A stretch of DNA of 64,000 bases from an uncultured delta proteobacterium (GCA_963776345.1 CAVZMH010000020.1:1-64000), one strand, 5' to 3'. Shown: positions 28,099 through 37,583, numbered from the stretch's first letter. Notes: generated by a model not told the origin, from the letters alone. A program made the numbers and translations.

Positions 28099-30108
28099 AT
28101 GATCCTACCCGCCGCGACCGTCCTCCTCCTGCTGGCAGAGCCGCAATCCCCCCCGATGGCCCGGGCCGACGCCGGGACCTCCCGTGCGTCGTCGATTGCG
28201 GTGGAGAGCGCCCCGGGGCTCCCCCGGGTGCTGGTGAGCGGGGTCCCGGCGGTGCCGCCGGACCTCGAGGCCTGGCTCGCGCCCTACAACGAGGCCCGCG
28301 CGGCCTTCCTGGCCGACCCGGGGGACGACGGGAAGGCGGTGCTGGTCCTGACCCGCTTCGCCTCGGTGGGCCAGATCCACCGGGTGACCGCGCCTCTGGG
28401 GATGCGGGAGCAGCTGACCTTCGGGAAGGAGCCGGTGGCGAAGGCGCGCTGGCTGCCCGGCGACTCGCGGATCGTCCTCTACCTCCAGGACAGCGGCGGC
28501 GGCGAGGCCTTCCAGCTCTACCGGCTCGACGTGCGCACCGGGCAGCGGCAGCTCCTCACCGACGGCAAGAGCCGGCACGAGACGTTCACCGTCTCCCGCG
28601 ACGGCCGCCGGCTGGCCTACTCGGGCACCGGGCGCAACGGGATGGACACCGACGTCTACCTCGCCGAGGTGGTGAGCCCGAGCACGCCCCGGCGGCTGAC
28701 GGAGGAGAAGGGCACCTGGCTCCCGCTGGGCTTCTCGCCGGACGGCGAGCGGCTGCTGGTGAAGCAGCAGCGGGCCATCGACGACGCCGACCTCTGGGTC
28801 CTGGATCTCGGGACCGGTCAACGCACCCGGGTGACGCCGGATCCGGAGAAGGCCGGCAAGGCCTCGGTGCGGCAGGCGGCGTTCTCCGGGGACGGGAAGG
28901 CGGTGTTTCTGGTGTCCGACCGGGGCACGGAGTTCGCCCAGCTCATCCGCGTGGACCTGGAGCGGATGGACACGCCGTGGACCCACCTCACCGCGGACCT
29001 CCGGTGGAACGTGGAGGAGCTCGCGGTGGCGCGCGACGGGACCCTGGCCTTCGCCGTCAACGAGGACGGCTACAGCAAGCTCTACTTGCTGAAGCCAGGC
29101 GCCAGGAAGCGGACGCCGATCGTCGTCCCGCCGGGGGTGATGGGCGAGATGCGCTTCCCGAACCGGACCTCGGACGTGCTGACCTTCTCCATCGACACGC
29201 CCACCTCGCCGAGCGACGTGTGGCAGGTGTCGGTGAAGCCCGGGAAGCCGCTCCGCTGGACCCGGAGCGAGGTGGGCGGGATGGATCCCTCGCAGTTCGC
29301 GACCCCCGAGCTGGTGCGCTACCCGTCGACCGGCGGCGTCGAGGTGCCGGCGTTCCTCTACCGGCCCCGCGGGCAGCGGCCGGGCGTCCGCGCTCCGGTG
29401 GTGGTCGGCTGGCACGGCGGGCCGGAGTCCCAGGAGCGGCCGAGGTTCAACGCCTACGTGCAGGCGATGGTCGACCTGGGGCTGGCGGTGCTCTTGCCCA
29501 ACGTCCGCGGCTCGGACGGCTACGGGAAGACGTACCTCGCCGGCGACGACGGGGTGAAGCGCGAGGAGGCGCTGAAGGACATCGGGGCGACCCTGGACTT
29601 CATCGCTCGCCAGCCGGACCTCGACGCCTCGCGGGTCGCGGCGTACGGAGGCAGCTACGGCGGGTACATGACGCTGGCCTCGGTGGCCTTCTACCCCGAG
29701 CGATTCCGCGCCGCGGTGGACGTGGTCGGCATCTCCAGCCTCACCACCTTCCTGGCCAGCACCGCGCCGTACCGGAGAGATCTCCGCCGTGCCGAGTACG
29801 GCGACGAGCGCGTCCCCGAGGTCCGCGAACGTCTGGAGAGCATCTCGCCGCTCGGCTCGGCGGGGAAGATCCGCGCCTCGCTCTACGTGCTGCAGGGGAA
29901 GAACGACCCGCGGGTGCCGCAGAGCGAGGCCGAGCAGATCGTCCGCGCGGTGCGCGAGCAGGGGAAGACCGCCTGGTACCTCCTGGCGCTGGACGAGGGG
30001 CACGGCTTCAAGAAGAAGGAGACCCGCGACTTCGCCAACGCCACCATGCTCTTCTTCCTCCGGGAGCAGCTGTTGGGCGGCGGCGCGGGACCGGCGGGAG
30101 GTCGGTGA
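28099..30108 (+). CDS. S9 prolyl oligopeptidase-family peptidase with beta-propeller
   Basis: HGGPESQ, NVRGSDGYG, GGSYGG (Ser), NDPRVP (Asp) and DEGHGF (His). Confidence 0.92.
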   Translation: MILPAATVLLLLAEPQSPPMARADAGTSRASSIAVESAPGLPRVLVSGVPAVPPDLEAWLAPYNEARAAFLADPGDDGKAVLVLTRFASVGQIHRVTAPLGMREQLTFGKEPVAKARWLPGDSRIVLYLQDSGGGEAFQLYRLDVRTGQRQLLTDGKSRHETFTVSRDGRRLAYSGTGRNGMDTDVYLAEVVSPSTPRRLTEEKGTWLPLGFSPDGERLLVKQQRAIDDADLWVLDLGTGQRTRVTPDPEKAGKASVRQAAFSGDGKAVFLVSDRGTEFAQLIRVDLERMDTPWTHLTADLRWNVEELAVARDGTLAFAVNEDGYSKLYLLKPGARKRTPIVVPPGVMGEMRFPNRTSDVLTFSIDTPTSPSDVWQVSVKPGKPLRWTRSEVGGMDPSQFATPELVRYPSTGGVEVPAFLYRPRGQRPGVRAPVVVGWHGGPESQERPRFNAYVQAMVDLGLAVLLPNVRGSDGYGKTYLAGDDGVKREEALKDIGATLDFIARQPDLDASRVAAYGGSYGGYMTLASVAFYPERFRAAVDVVGISSLTTFLASTAPYRRDLRRAEYGDERVPEVRERLESISPLGSAGKIRASLYVLQGKNDPRVPQSEAEQIVRAVREQGKTAWYLLALDEGHGFKKKETRDFANATMLFFLREQLLGGGAGPAGGR

Positions 30109-30207
30109 GCACCGAGCGCGCGGGGGATGCTTCCCCCGCCTGCCGCGCTCGGGCAATGTGCTCGGCGCACGCCCGCCTGGGATGGCGGACGTCCTGGGAG
30201 ATCGGCC

Positions 30208-30771
30208 ATGCGATCAGTTCTGGCAGGGATGCTCGTGGCGATCGGCTGCGCGCATGCGCCGGTCGAGTCCGCCGCGCCGGGATGGACGCTGCTCAACGCG
30301 ACGCCGGGAAGCGAGGAGCTCCAGGTCCGGAGCGACGTTCACATGCGGCGGGCGACGGTGACCGGCGCGGCGGTGCGCGGGCCTGACCTGGATCTGCAGC
30401 GCGCCGACGGGAAGCTGCAGGGGACGACGTACATCCGGCGTCCGGTGGAGCTGCAGCAGCGGGGGAACGAGATCATCGGCCAGGTGGGGTCGGACGACTG
30501 GGACCTGAGGCTCTCCCAGGACGGGGCCGAGATGCGGGTCACGGGACTCATCGGCGGAAGGCCCTCGACCTTCTGGATGAGCCCGAAGCGGATCCGCGGG
30601 GCGGTCGGCATGTGCCTCTTCGATCTCGTCTGGTCGACCGGCCTGTACGCGGGCGCCCGGACCTGCGGCGTGGCGAGCGACAACATCGCGCTGCAGTTTC
30701 CGGCGGCGCTCGCGGCCTGGAGCGATCCTCAGGTCGCGGCGCTGTTCGGGATCCTGGTGCAGCGCGAGTAG
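30208..30771 (+). CDS. Hypothetical beta-rich lipoprotein, tandem copy 1
   Basis: Lipobox AIGC, and co-linear similarity to the next gene. Confidence 0.75.
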   Translation: MRSVLAGMLVAIGCAHAPVESAAPGWTLLNATPGSEELQVRSDVHMRRATVTGAAVRGPDLDLQRADGKLQGTTYIRRPVELQQRGNEIIGQVGSDDWDLRLSQDGAEMRVTGLIGGRPSTFWMSPKRIRGAVGMCLFDLVWSTGLYAGARTCGVASDNIALQFPAALAAWSDPQVAALFGILVQRE

Positions 30772-30802
30772 GCCGCGCACCCCGGGGCAGGAGCTGGGCC
30801 CG

Positions 30803-31363
30803 ATGCGTCGAGGCGCGTTCACCCTGCTGGTCCTCTCGGCCTGTGCGCACGTGCCGGCCGAGTCCGCCGTGCCCGGCTGGACGCTGCTCAGCGCCAGCCC
30901 GGGCACGGAGGAGCTCCAGGTCCGGACGGACGATCACCTCCGCCGGGCGACGGTGACCGAGGCGGGAGCGCGCGGGCCCTTCCTGGACCTGCGCCGCGTG
31001 CCCGGCAAGCTCCAGGGGACGAGCCACGTGGACTGGCCGATCGCGCTCCAGCAGAAGGGAAACGAGATGCTGGGCAGGGTGGCGGGGGACAGCTTCGACC
31101 TGACGCTCCAGCTGGACGGGGACGAGATGCGCGCCACCGGCGTGGTCGCGGGAGCGGCGTCGACCTTCTGGATGAGCCCGGGCCGGATCCGCGGGTCGGT
31201 CGGGCCGTGCCGGTTCGATCTCGTCTGGGGCGAGGGGATGTACACCGGGGGCCGGACCTGCGGTCCCCACAGCGAGACGGTGAGCGTGCTGTTCCCGCCG
31301 GCGCTCGCCGGGTGGAGCGATCCCGAGGCCGCGGCCCTGCTGGCAATCATGGTGCAGCGCTAG
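30803..31363 (+). CDS. Hypothetical beta-rich lipoprotein, tandem copy 2
   Basis: Lipobox LSAC. Shares PGWTLL, EELQVR, STFWMSP, C-x-FDLVW, RTCG and WSDP with copy 1. Confidence 0.75.
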   Translation: MRRGAFTLLVLSACAHVPAESAVPGWTLLSASPGTEELQVRTDDHLRRATVTEAGARGPFLDLRRVPGKLQGTSHVDWPIALQQKGNEMLGRVAGDSFDLTLQLDGDEMRATGVVAGAASTFWMSPGRIRGSVGPCRFDLVWGEGMYTGGRTCGPHSETVSVLFPPALAGWSDPEAAALLAIMVQR

Positions 31364-31382
31364 AAGGCCGGGAGCGGCACGC

Positions 31383-31697
31383 TCAGGGAGGAAGGCCGCC
31401 GCGGCTGGTGGCGACGAGCTCGTACTCGCGGGTCTCGATGTCGGTGAGGAGCCGCGGGGAGAGTACGCGGGCGAACTGGACCGAGCCTCCGGCGGTGCGC
31501 TGGTGCCCGGCGGCGTCCGCGTCCTCGGCGCTGATCAGCGTGACGTAGCAGTTGGGGTTGCGGCGATCGCGGTAGACGGTCCAGGAGGAGTCCTCGAGCT
31601 CGAGCCCCACGTAGAGGGCGAACTCGCGCATCGCTTGCTCGACCTCGTCCCGTGCGTCGGGGTGAACCGCGAAGCGGGCGATCCTGAAGACTGGCAT
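31383..31697 (-). CDS. ABM-like (antibiotic biosynthesis monooxygenase fold) small protein
   Basis: Ferredoxin-like pattern MPVFRIARFAVHP...WTVYRD...YVTL...HQRT. Confidence 0.6.
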   Translation of the reverse strand: MPVFRIARFAVHPDARDEVEQAMREFALYVGLELEDSSWTVYRDRRNPNCYVTLISAEDADAAGHQRTAGGSVQFARVLSPRLLTDIETREYELVATSRGGLPP

Positions 31698-31866
31698 GAC
31701 GCCCTGGAGTCTCACGGTGGCGGCAGGCCAATCACCCCTCTTGCTGCCTTCGGGAGCTTCCTCGCAGGGAAGCGAGGGCCGGGGGGGCCGGGGCGTGCCC
31801 TCTCCGGGGGGGCCACGCGCGCCCGTCCGCCGGGACCTCCCCCTGACGGAGGAGTCCGGCCGAGCG

Positions 31867-32460
31867 CTACAGCTCCCGCCGGCCGGACAGCGCGCGGGCG
31901 AGCGTGGCCTGGTCGGCGAACTCGAGGTCTCCGCCCATCGGGAGGCCCTGGGCCAGCCGGGTGACGCGGATTCCCATCGGCTTGAGGAGCCGCATCAAGT
32001 ACAGCGCCGTCGCCTCGCCCTCGACGTCCGGGTTGGTGGCGACGATGACCTCCTCCGCCTTGCCGTCCTCCAGCCGGACGAGGAGCTCCTGGATGCGCAG
32101 CTGCTCCGGGCCGATGCCCTCCAGCGGGGAGAGCACGCCGTGCAGCACGTGGTAGCGGCCCTTGAACTCGCGGGTCTTCTCCAGGGCCATGAGGTCGGCG
32201 ATGCCCTCGACGACGCAGAGCAGGCGGTCGTCGCGCCGCGGGTCGGTGCAGAAGCCGCAGAGCTGCCCCTCGGTCAGCGCGAAGCAGCGGCTGCAGAGCC
32301 GGACCTTGCTCTTCACCTCCTGGAGCGCGTTGACCAGCTCGGCGGCGTACTCGGGTGGCGCGCGGAGGATGTGGAAGGCGAGCCGCTGGGCGGTCTTCTC
32401 CCCGATGCCGGGGAGCTTCGAGAGCTGGGCGACGAGGCGGTTGAGGGGGTCCGGCGTCAT
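31867..32460 (-). CDS. recR: Recombination mediator RecR
   Basis: LPGIGEKTAQRLAF, C4 zinc finger, YHVLHGVLSP, EGEATALY and GGDLEFAD. Confidence 0.97.
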   Translation of the reverse strand: MTPDPLNRLVAQLSKLPGIGEKTAQRLAFHILRAPPEYAAELVNALQEVKSKVRLCSRCFALTEGQLCGFCTDPRRDDRLLCVVEGIADLMALEKTREFKGRYHVLHGVLSPLEGIGPEQLRIQELLVRLEDGKAEEVIVATNPDVEGEATALYLMRLLKPMGIRVTRLAQGLPMGGDLEFADQATLARALSGRREL

Positions 32461-32777
32461 CCGGTGATTCCGGGGATCTTCAGGCCGCCGGAGACCTTCC
32501 CCAGCTCACGCTCGGCGAGCTCGCGGGCCTGGGTGAGGGCGGCGTTGACCGCGGCGGCGATGAGGTCCTCCATCATCGCCACGTCGCCAGCGGCGAGGAC
32601 CTCCGGGGAGATCTTGATCGAGCGGACGTCACCCCCGCCGGTGGCGACGACCTTGACCCGGCCGTCGCCGGCCTGGCCCTCGACGGTCTCCTCGGCCAGC
32701 TCCTTCTTCCGCTGCTCGAGCTTCTCGGTCAGCTTGCTGGCCTGGCGCATGAAGTAGTTGAGGTCGACTCCGGGCAT
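32457..32777 (-). CDS. ybaB: YbaB/EbfC nucleoid-associated protein
   Basis: VEGQAGDGRVKV...MEDLIAAAVNAAL, located between dnaX and recR. Confidence 0.93.
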   Translation of the reverse strand: MPGVDLNYFMRQASKLTEKLEQRKKELAEETVEGQAGDGRVKVVATGGGDVRSIKISPEVLAAGDVAMMEDLIAAAVNAALTQARELAERELGKVSGGLKIPGITG

Positions 32778-32797
32778 GGCGTGCTCCCGAGGATGGT

Positions 32798-33749
32798 TCA
32801 GGGCTGCTCGTCGATGACGTCGCTGCCGGGGGCTCCGGTGCGCTCGTGCTCCAGGACCTGGATGTGCTCCAGCTCGCCCCCGAGGATGCGCAGGGTGGCG
32901 AGGATGGCCGGGTGGTTGCGGACCGACTGCCCGGTGGCGCGCTCGTGCTCGGCGCGGGCCTCGGCGTCCAGCTCGGCGATGGTCTTGCCGCCGGCGGCCG
33001 CGCCCGGGCTCTCGTCGACCAGGAGGCGGGTGGGTCGGCCGAAGTGAAGCGAGAGGAGGCGCTCGACCACGGGACGTCCGCTCTGCCCGCTGACGGTGGT
33101 GCGGTGGAAGCTGGCGTCGCCGCGGAAGGCGATGCCCACCTCGCCCTCGCGGAGGTGGAGGAGCCGGGCCTGCTTCAGGCTGGCCGAGTGCCGGGGCGAC
33201 TCGGTGGCAACGGTGTCCAGCGCCGCACGCCAGCGTTCGAGGAGCGGACGCGACGGGTCGTCACGTCCGCGCGCCGGGGTGGCGGCCCCGGGCAGGCACT
33301 CGCCGGTGGCGCATCCACCGGGGCTGGTGTCGACCACCAGCGGGGCATCCGACCCCTTCCGGCTCGGTGCGTCCGGGGCGGCCGCCGACGCCGTCGACGG
33401 GCCGCGAGCTCGAGCTGGCTCGTCGTTCGACCCGTTCGCCGGAGCCGCACGGGAGGGCGTTGCGCTCACGCTGGCCTGGACCTGGGCCGGTGCGCTTGCC
33501 GCCGCGGCGGGAGTGAGCGGTCGCGACGATGCGCCCGCTGCGGGCGTGGGTGGTAGCTCGGAGGCGCGCCGGGGCGCGGCGGGCGTCTCGGCACGGGCAG
33601 CGGCGGGAGCACGTGCCGGCGGGGGCTCGGCGGCCTCGGCGCGCCGGGACGGAGTGGTGCCCTCGACGCTGCGGGCGGACGGAGCTCCGGTGGCGCGCAC
33701 CGCGCCGGCGGCGACGGGACCCGGGCGGGCTGGCGGCGGCTCAGCCGCG
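32798..33749 (-). CDS. dnaX: DnaX tau C-terminal portion, in the +1 frame relative to the dnaX 5' ORF
   Basis: Pro/Ala linker, then W...L...SLKQARL...FHR...HPAILATLRILGGEL, a tau-like C-terminal domain. No clear RBS of its own; the frame is open back through the 5' ORF stop. Confidence 0.7.
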
Positions 33750-34958
33750 AAAGGGCTGGGGAGCGGGACGACCTCCGGGCGTCCCGCCGGGCCGGGCGGC
33801 CGCGCGTGTCTCGGGCGCGGCGCCGGGGCCGAGGAGCTTCTCCACCCGGTTGAGCAGCTCGGGGATGGAGGCGGTGGGGGCGAGCTGGACGGCCTTGAGG
33901 AGGGCCATCTCCAGCGCGAGCCGGGGCTGGGCGGCGCGGCCCACGTCCCAGACCGAGCCGTGGACCACGTCGAAGAGGCGCGCGAGCTGGGCCGGGTCGG
34001 CCTCGCGGGCGAGCTCGACGACCATCTTCTGCTCCACCTCGGCCAGCTCGGCGGGCGGCTTGCCGGTGGCGCGGGTGACGAGCACGTGACGGAGCTCGAG
34101 GGCCAGCTCCTCGGCGAGGCGGCGCAGGTCGGCGCCGCGCATGAAGACGTCCTCGACGGACTCGAGGAGCGACCTGGCGTCGCGGCGGACGAGCGCGGCG
34201 GCCATCTGCTGCACGATGGTGCGGTCGATGGCCCCCAGTGCCTCGGCCACCGCGGCGTCGCTGGCGCCCGGGCCGCAGGCGGACATCACCTGATCGAGGA
34301 GGGAGAGGGCGTCGCGCATCCCGCCCTCGGCCTGGCGGACGATGAGGGCCAGCGAGGCGTCGGACAGGCCGGCCTTCTCCTCGGAGGCGATCTGCTTCAG
34401 GCGGGCGAGCATCAGCTCGGCCGGGATGCGCCGGAAGTCGTGGCGCTGGCAGCGGGAGAGGATGGTGTCCGGGAGCTTGTGGGGCTCGGTGGTGGCGAAG
34501 ATGAACTTCACATGCCCCGGCGGCTCCTCGAGCGTCTTGAGCAGCGCGTTGAACGCCGCCCCGGAGAGCATGTGCACCTCGTCGATGATGTAGATCTTGT
34601 GCCGGTCGCGCTGGGGCAGGTACTTGGCGTTCTCGCGAATCTCCCGGACGTTCTCCACGCCGTTGTTGGAGGCGCCGTCGATCTCCGCGACGTCGACCGA
34701 GGTGCCGGCGGCGATCTCCATGCAGGGCTGGCACACCCCGCAGGGGGTCGGGGTGGGGCCGTGGACGCAGTTGAGGGCCTTGGCGAGGAGGCGAGCGGCG
34801 GTGGTCTTGCCGACGCCGCGCGGGCCGCAGAAGAGGTAGGCGTGGGCGACCCGGTCCAGCTTGATGGCGTTGGCCACCGTCCGGACCACGTGCTCCTGGC
34901 CGGTCATGTCGTCGAACGTCTGGGGGCGCCACTTCCGCGCCAGCACGAGGTAGCCCAT
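33741..34958 (-). CDS. dnaX: DNA polymerase III gamma/tau clamp-loader part (405 aa to first stop)
   Basis: MGYLVLARKWRPQ, GPRGVGKTT, EIDGASNNGV, IIDEVHML, SRC and GGMRDALSLLDQ. Ends ...PQPFRG*. Confidence 0.95.
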   Translation of the reverse strand: MGYLVLARKWRPQTFDDMTGQEHVVRTVANAIKLDRVAHAYLFCGPRGVGKTTAARLLAKALNCVHGPTPTPCGVCQPCMEIAAGTSVDVAEIDGASNNGVENVREIRENAKYLPQRDRHKIYIIDEVHMLSGAAFNALLKTLEEPPGHVKFIFATTEPHKLPDTILSRCQRHDFRRIPAELMLARLKQIASEEKAGLSDASLALIVRQAEGGMRDALSLLDQVMSACGPGASDAAVAEALGAIDRTIVQQMAAALVRRDARSLLESVEDVFMRGADLRRLAEELALELRHVLVTRATGKPPAELAEVEQKMVVELAREADPAQLARLFDVVHGSVWDVGRAAQPRLALEMALLKAVQLAPTASIPELLNRVEKLLGPGAAPETRAAARPGGTPGGRPAPQPFRG

Positions 34959-35014
34959 AGGGAGCGCGCCAATGTAACAGCGCAGGTCTCCCCGTCTACA
35001 CTGGCCAGCCGAGC

Positions 35015-36460
35015 GTGACCGACGCCGACGCTGCACCGTTCTCACCCGGGCGGGCCGAGCTCGCCCAGCTGCCGGCCGGAGGCGCGCTGGGGGCATCCCG
35101 GTGGCGCCGCTGGGCGACTCCCGAGCGCTGGGCGGTGGTGCTGGCGCTGGTGCCGGCGGTCAGCGCGGTGGCGGTGCTCGGCCGCCTGCACCCGGACGAG
35201 GTGTACCAGTTCCTCGAGCCGGCCTACGTGCGGGCGCACGGCTACGGGGTGCTCGCCTGGGAGTGGCAGCAGGGGCTCCGGAACTGGGCGGTGCCGCTGG
35301 CGCTGGCGGCGGTGCTCCGGATGGGCGGCTGGCTCGGGCTGACCGACCCCTGGGTGGCGCGGGGGCTCCTGGCGATTCCACTCTGGACGCTCCAGGCGTG
35401 CGGGCTGGTCGCGGCGGTGCGTCTCGGCCGTGGCCGCGCAGGCGCGCTGGGCGGCTGGGCCGCGGCGTTCGCGCTCGGGTGTCTGCCGCTGTTCGTGGTG
35501 GTCGCCGGCCGGACGCTGGGTGAGGCGCTCTCGGCGGCGCTGCTGCTGGTCGCGGCCGAGGCGCTCTCACGCGACGAGCGCCCGCGCGGGAGCGGGCTCC
35601 TGGGCGGCGCCGCGCTCGGCCTGGCGTTCGTGGTCCGCTACGGCTCGTTGCCGGCGATGGCGGCGGCGCTGGCCTGGGTGGCGGCGCGGCGCCGGTGGGG
35701 GTTGCTCGGATGGACCGCGGTCGGCCTGGGCATCGTCCTGCTCGCCCTGGGCGCGCTGGACTGGGCGAGCTGGGGCACGCCGTGGCACTCGGTGGGCCGG
35801 TGGTTCGCCTTCAACGTGGGGAGCGCCGGGGCCGCGCGGACGTTCGGCGCGGAGCCGCCGGGCTACTACTGGCACTTCCTCTGGAGGCAGGTGCCGCTCT
35901 GGGTGTGGCCGGCGCTGGTGCTCGGCGTGCGCTGGCTGCGGCCGCGGCTGGGCGTGGCGGGAGCGATGGCCGGGGTGATGCTCCTCGCGCTGCTCCGCAC
36001 GGCGCACAAGGAGGAACGCTTCCTGTACCCGGTGGTGGTGCTCCTCGTCGCCGAGGCGGCGCCGGCCCTGGGCGCGCTGCTCGCGCGGCTGAAGGCGAGG
36101 TGGCAGCAGGGCACGGTGGCCGTGCTCGCGCTGGCGTCGACCGTCGTGGCCGCGCGGCCGTCGATGGACCTGCGCGGGGATCAGTTCCGGGCCATCGTGA
36201 AGGCGACGCGGCCGGCGGACGTGACCGGGCTGCTCATCGTGAACGAGGGGCTGTGGGGGTCGGGGGGCTTCTTCTACGTGGGGAAGCACATCCCCTGGCT
36301 GACCTGCGACTGGCCGCGGGACGGGGCGTTCCAGGCGGCGATGCGCGACTCGCGCTTCAACCGGGTGGTGACGTTCGAGGACCGCGCGCTGGCGGAGCTG
36401 CAGGGGGCGGGCTTCCGGGTGCTCGGCCGCGAGGGACGGGAGACGATCCTCGGGCGCTGA
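35015..36460 (+). CDS. GT22 (Alg9/PIG-B-like) membrane mannosyltransferase
   Basis: HPDEVYQFLEPA, AWEW...GLR and HKEERFLYP motifs, with many TM helices. Confidence 0.8.
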   Translation: MTDADAAPFSPGRAELAQLPAGGALGASRWRRWATPERWAVVLALVPAVSAVAVLGRLHPDEVYQFLEPAYVRAHGYGVLAWEWQQGLRNWAVPLALAAVLRMGGWLGLTDPWVARGLLAIPLWTLQACGLVAAVRLGRGRAGALGGWAAAFALGCLPLFVVVAGRTLGEALSAALLLVAAEALSRDERPRGSGLLGGAALGLAFVVRYGSLPAMAAALAWVAARRRWGLLGWTAVGLGIVLLALGALDWASWGTPWHSVGRWFAFNVGSAGAARTFGAEPPGYYWHFLWRQVPLWVWPALVLGVRWLRPRLGVAGAMAGVMLLALLRTAHKEERFLYPVVVLLVAEAAPALGALLARLKARWQQGTVAVLALASTVVAARPSMDLRGDQFRAIVKATRPADVTGLLIVNEGLWGSGGFFYVGKHIPWLTCDWPRDGAFQAAMRDSRFNRVVTFEDRALAELQGAGFRVLGREGRETILGR

Positions 36461-36476
36461 TTCCGCTGTCCGTCCA

Positions 36477-36504
36477 CACCTCCGGGGGAGAACCCCCGGA
36501 GGTG
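36477..36504. terminator. Hairpin between the convergent GT22 gene and ffs
   Basis: CACCTCCGGGGG-AGAA-CCCCCGGAGGTG, a perfect 12-bp stem. Confidence 0.65.
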
Positions 36505-36527
36505 CGAACGAACCGACGAAGAGGAAC

Positions 36528-36607
36528 GGCCGGGACACACGCGAAGGTGCGCTACCGTTGCTTCCTTCCGGACCTGGCGGGGTTCACGTCCCCGCGTCGT
36601 CCCGACC
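36528..36607 (-). ncRNA. ffs: Signal recognition particle (4.5S) RNA
   Basis: Minus strand contains CCGCCAGGTCCGGAAGGAAGCAACGG (SRP helix 8) within the closing stem GGTCGGGAC...GTCCCGGCC. Ends approximate. Confidence 0.93.
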
Positions 36608-36637
36608 ACAAGCTGTTGCTCCAGAGCTCTCTAGCAG

Positions 36638-36724
36638 CGGAGAGGGTGGGATTCGAACCCACGATACCCTTTCAGATATGCACGCGTTCCAGGCGTGTGC
36701 CTTCAACCGCTCGGCCACCTCTCC
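36638..36724 (-). tRNA. tRNA-Ser(GGA)
   Basis: Cloverleaf with anticodon arm CACGC-CTGGAAC-GCGTG, long variable arm and GTTCGAATC. No encoded CCA. Confidence 0.95.
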
Positions 36725-36731
36725 AGCCTTG

Positions 36732-36818
36732 CGGAGAGCGTAGGATTCGAACCTACGGTACCGTTGCCGGTACGCCTGATTTCGAGTCAGGTGCCTTCGA
36801 CCACTCGGCCAGCTCTCC
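36732..36818 (-). tRNA. tRNA-Ser(CGA)
   Basis: Anticodon arm CCTGA-CTCGAAA-TCAGG and long variable arm. No encoded CCA. Confidence 0.95.
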
Positions 36819-36831
36819 AGCGATTCAGTTG

Positions 36832-37296
36832 TCAGTCTTCCGGGGTCGTCCGCAAGCCCTGGAAGAAACGGGTCAGTCGCGCCGCGCACTCGGCCTCCAG
36901 GACGCCCGAGCGCACCGTGAGCCGGTGATTGTGGGGCAAGGCGTTCAGGTCGAAGAGCCCTCCCAGCGCGCCCGCCTTGGGACTGGGAGCCCCGAAGACC
37001 ACCCGGTCCACCCGCGCCTGCAGTGCCGCGCCGACGCAGAGCGAGCACGGCTCCAGGGTGACGACCAGCGAGACCCCGCTCAGCCGCCACCGGTCCAGCC
37101 GCCGGGCAGCCTCGGACAGCGCCCGCATCTCGGCGTGGGCGAAGGGATCCCGGTCGGTCTCGCGGCGGTTGGACCCGCGTCCGACCACGGCGCCCTCGAA
37201 CACCGCCACCGCGCCGACCGGCACCTCGCCGAGCGCCCCGGCCTGGTCGGCGAGCTCGAGCGCCTCGCGCATGAAACGTTCGTCGGCGTCGTCCAT
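36832..37296 (-). CDS. tadA: tRNA adenosine(34) deaminase
   Basis: GEVPVGAV, HAE, TLEPCSLC and PKAGA...FF. Confidence 0.93.
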   Translation of the reverse strand: MDDADERFMREALELADQAGALGEVPVGAVAVFEGAVVGRGSNRRETDRDPFAHAEMRALSEAARRLDRWRLSGVSLVVTLEPCSLCVGAALQARVDRVVFGAPSPKAGALGGLFDLNALPHNHRLTVRSGVLEAECAARLTRFFQGLRTTPED

Positions 37297-37313
37297 GGAG
37301 CGGAGCGGAAAAA

Positions 37314-37390
37314 TGGCGCGCCCTAGAGGATTTGAACCTCTGGCCTTCGGATTCGTAGTCCGACGCTCTATCCAACTGAGCTAAGGGCGC
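37314..37390 (-). tRNA. tRNA-Arg(ACG)
   Basis: GCGCCCTTAGCTCAGTTGGATAGAGC..., anticodon arm TCGGA-CTACGAA-TCCGA and an encoded CCA. Confidence 0.96.
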
Positions 37391-37496
37391 GTGCGAAGTA
37401 CCCGCAGTTGCACCGTTTTCAAAGACCGAAACAGCGAGCGAGGCGTCCTATCCTCTCGTCTCCCACAGTGCAAGGAGCGCCAGGGACAGGGCGAAG

Positions 37497-37583
37497 CGGA
37501 GAGAGAGGGATTCGAACCCTCGATACCCTTTCGAGTATGCAGGTTTAGCAAACCTGTGCCTTCAGCCTCTCGGCCATCTCTCC
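37497..37583 (-). tRNA. tRNA-Ser(GCT)
   Basis: Anticodon arm CAGGT-TTGCTAA-ACCTG and long variable arm. No encoded CCA. Confidence 0.95.

Noticed and set aside
33741..33743. dnaX UGA as selenocysteine or stop read-through
   Set aside because: The tau-like continuation is in the +1 frame, so in-frame read-through would not reach it.
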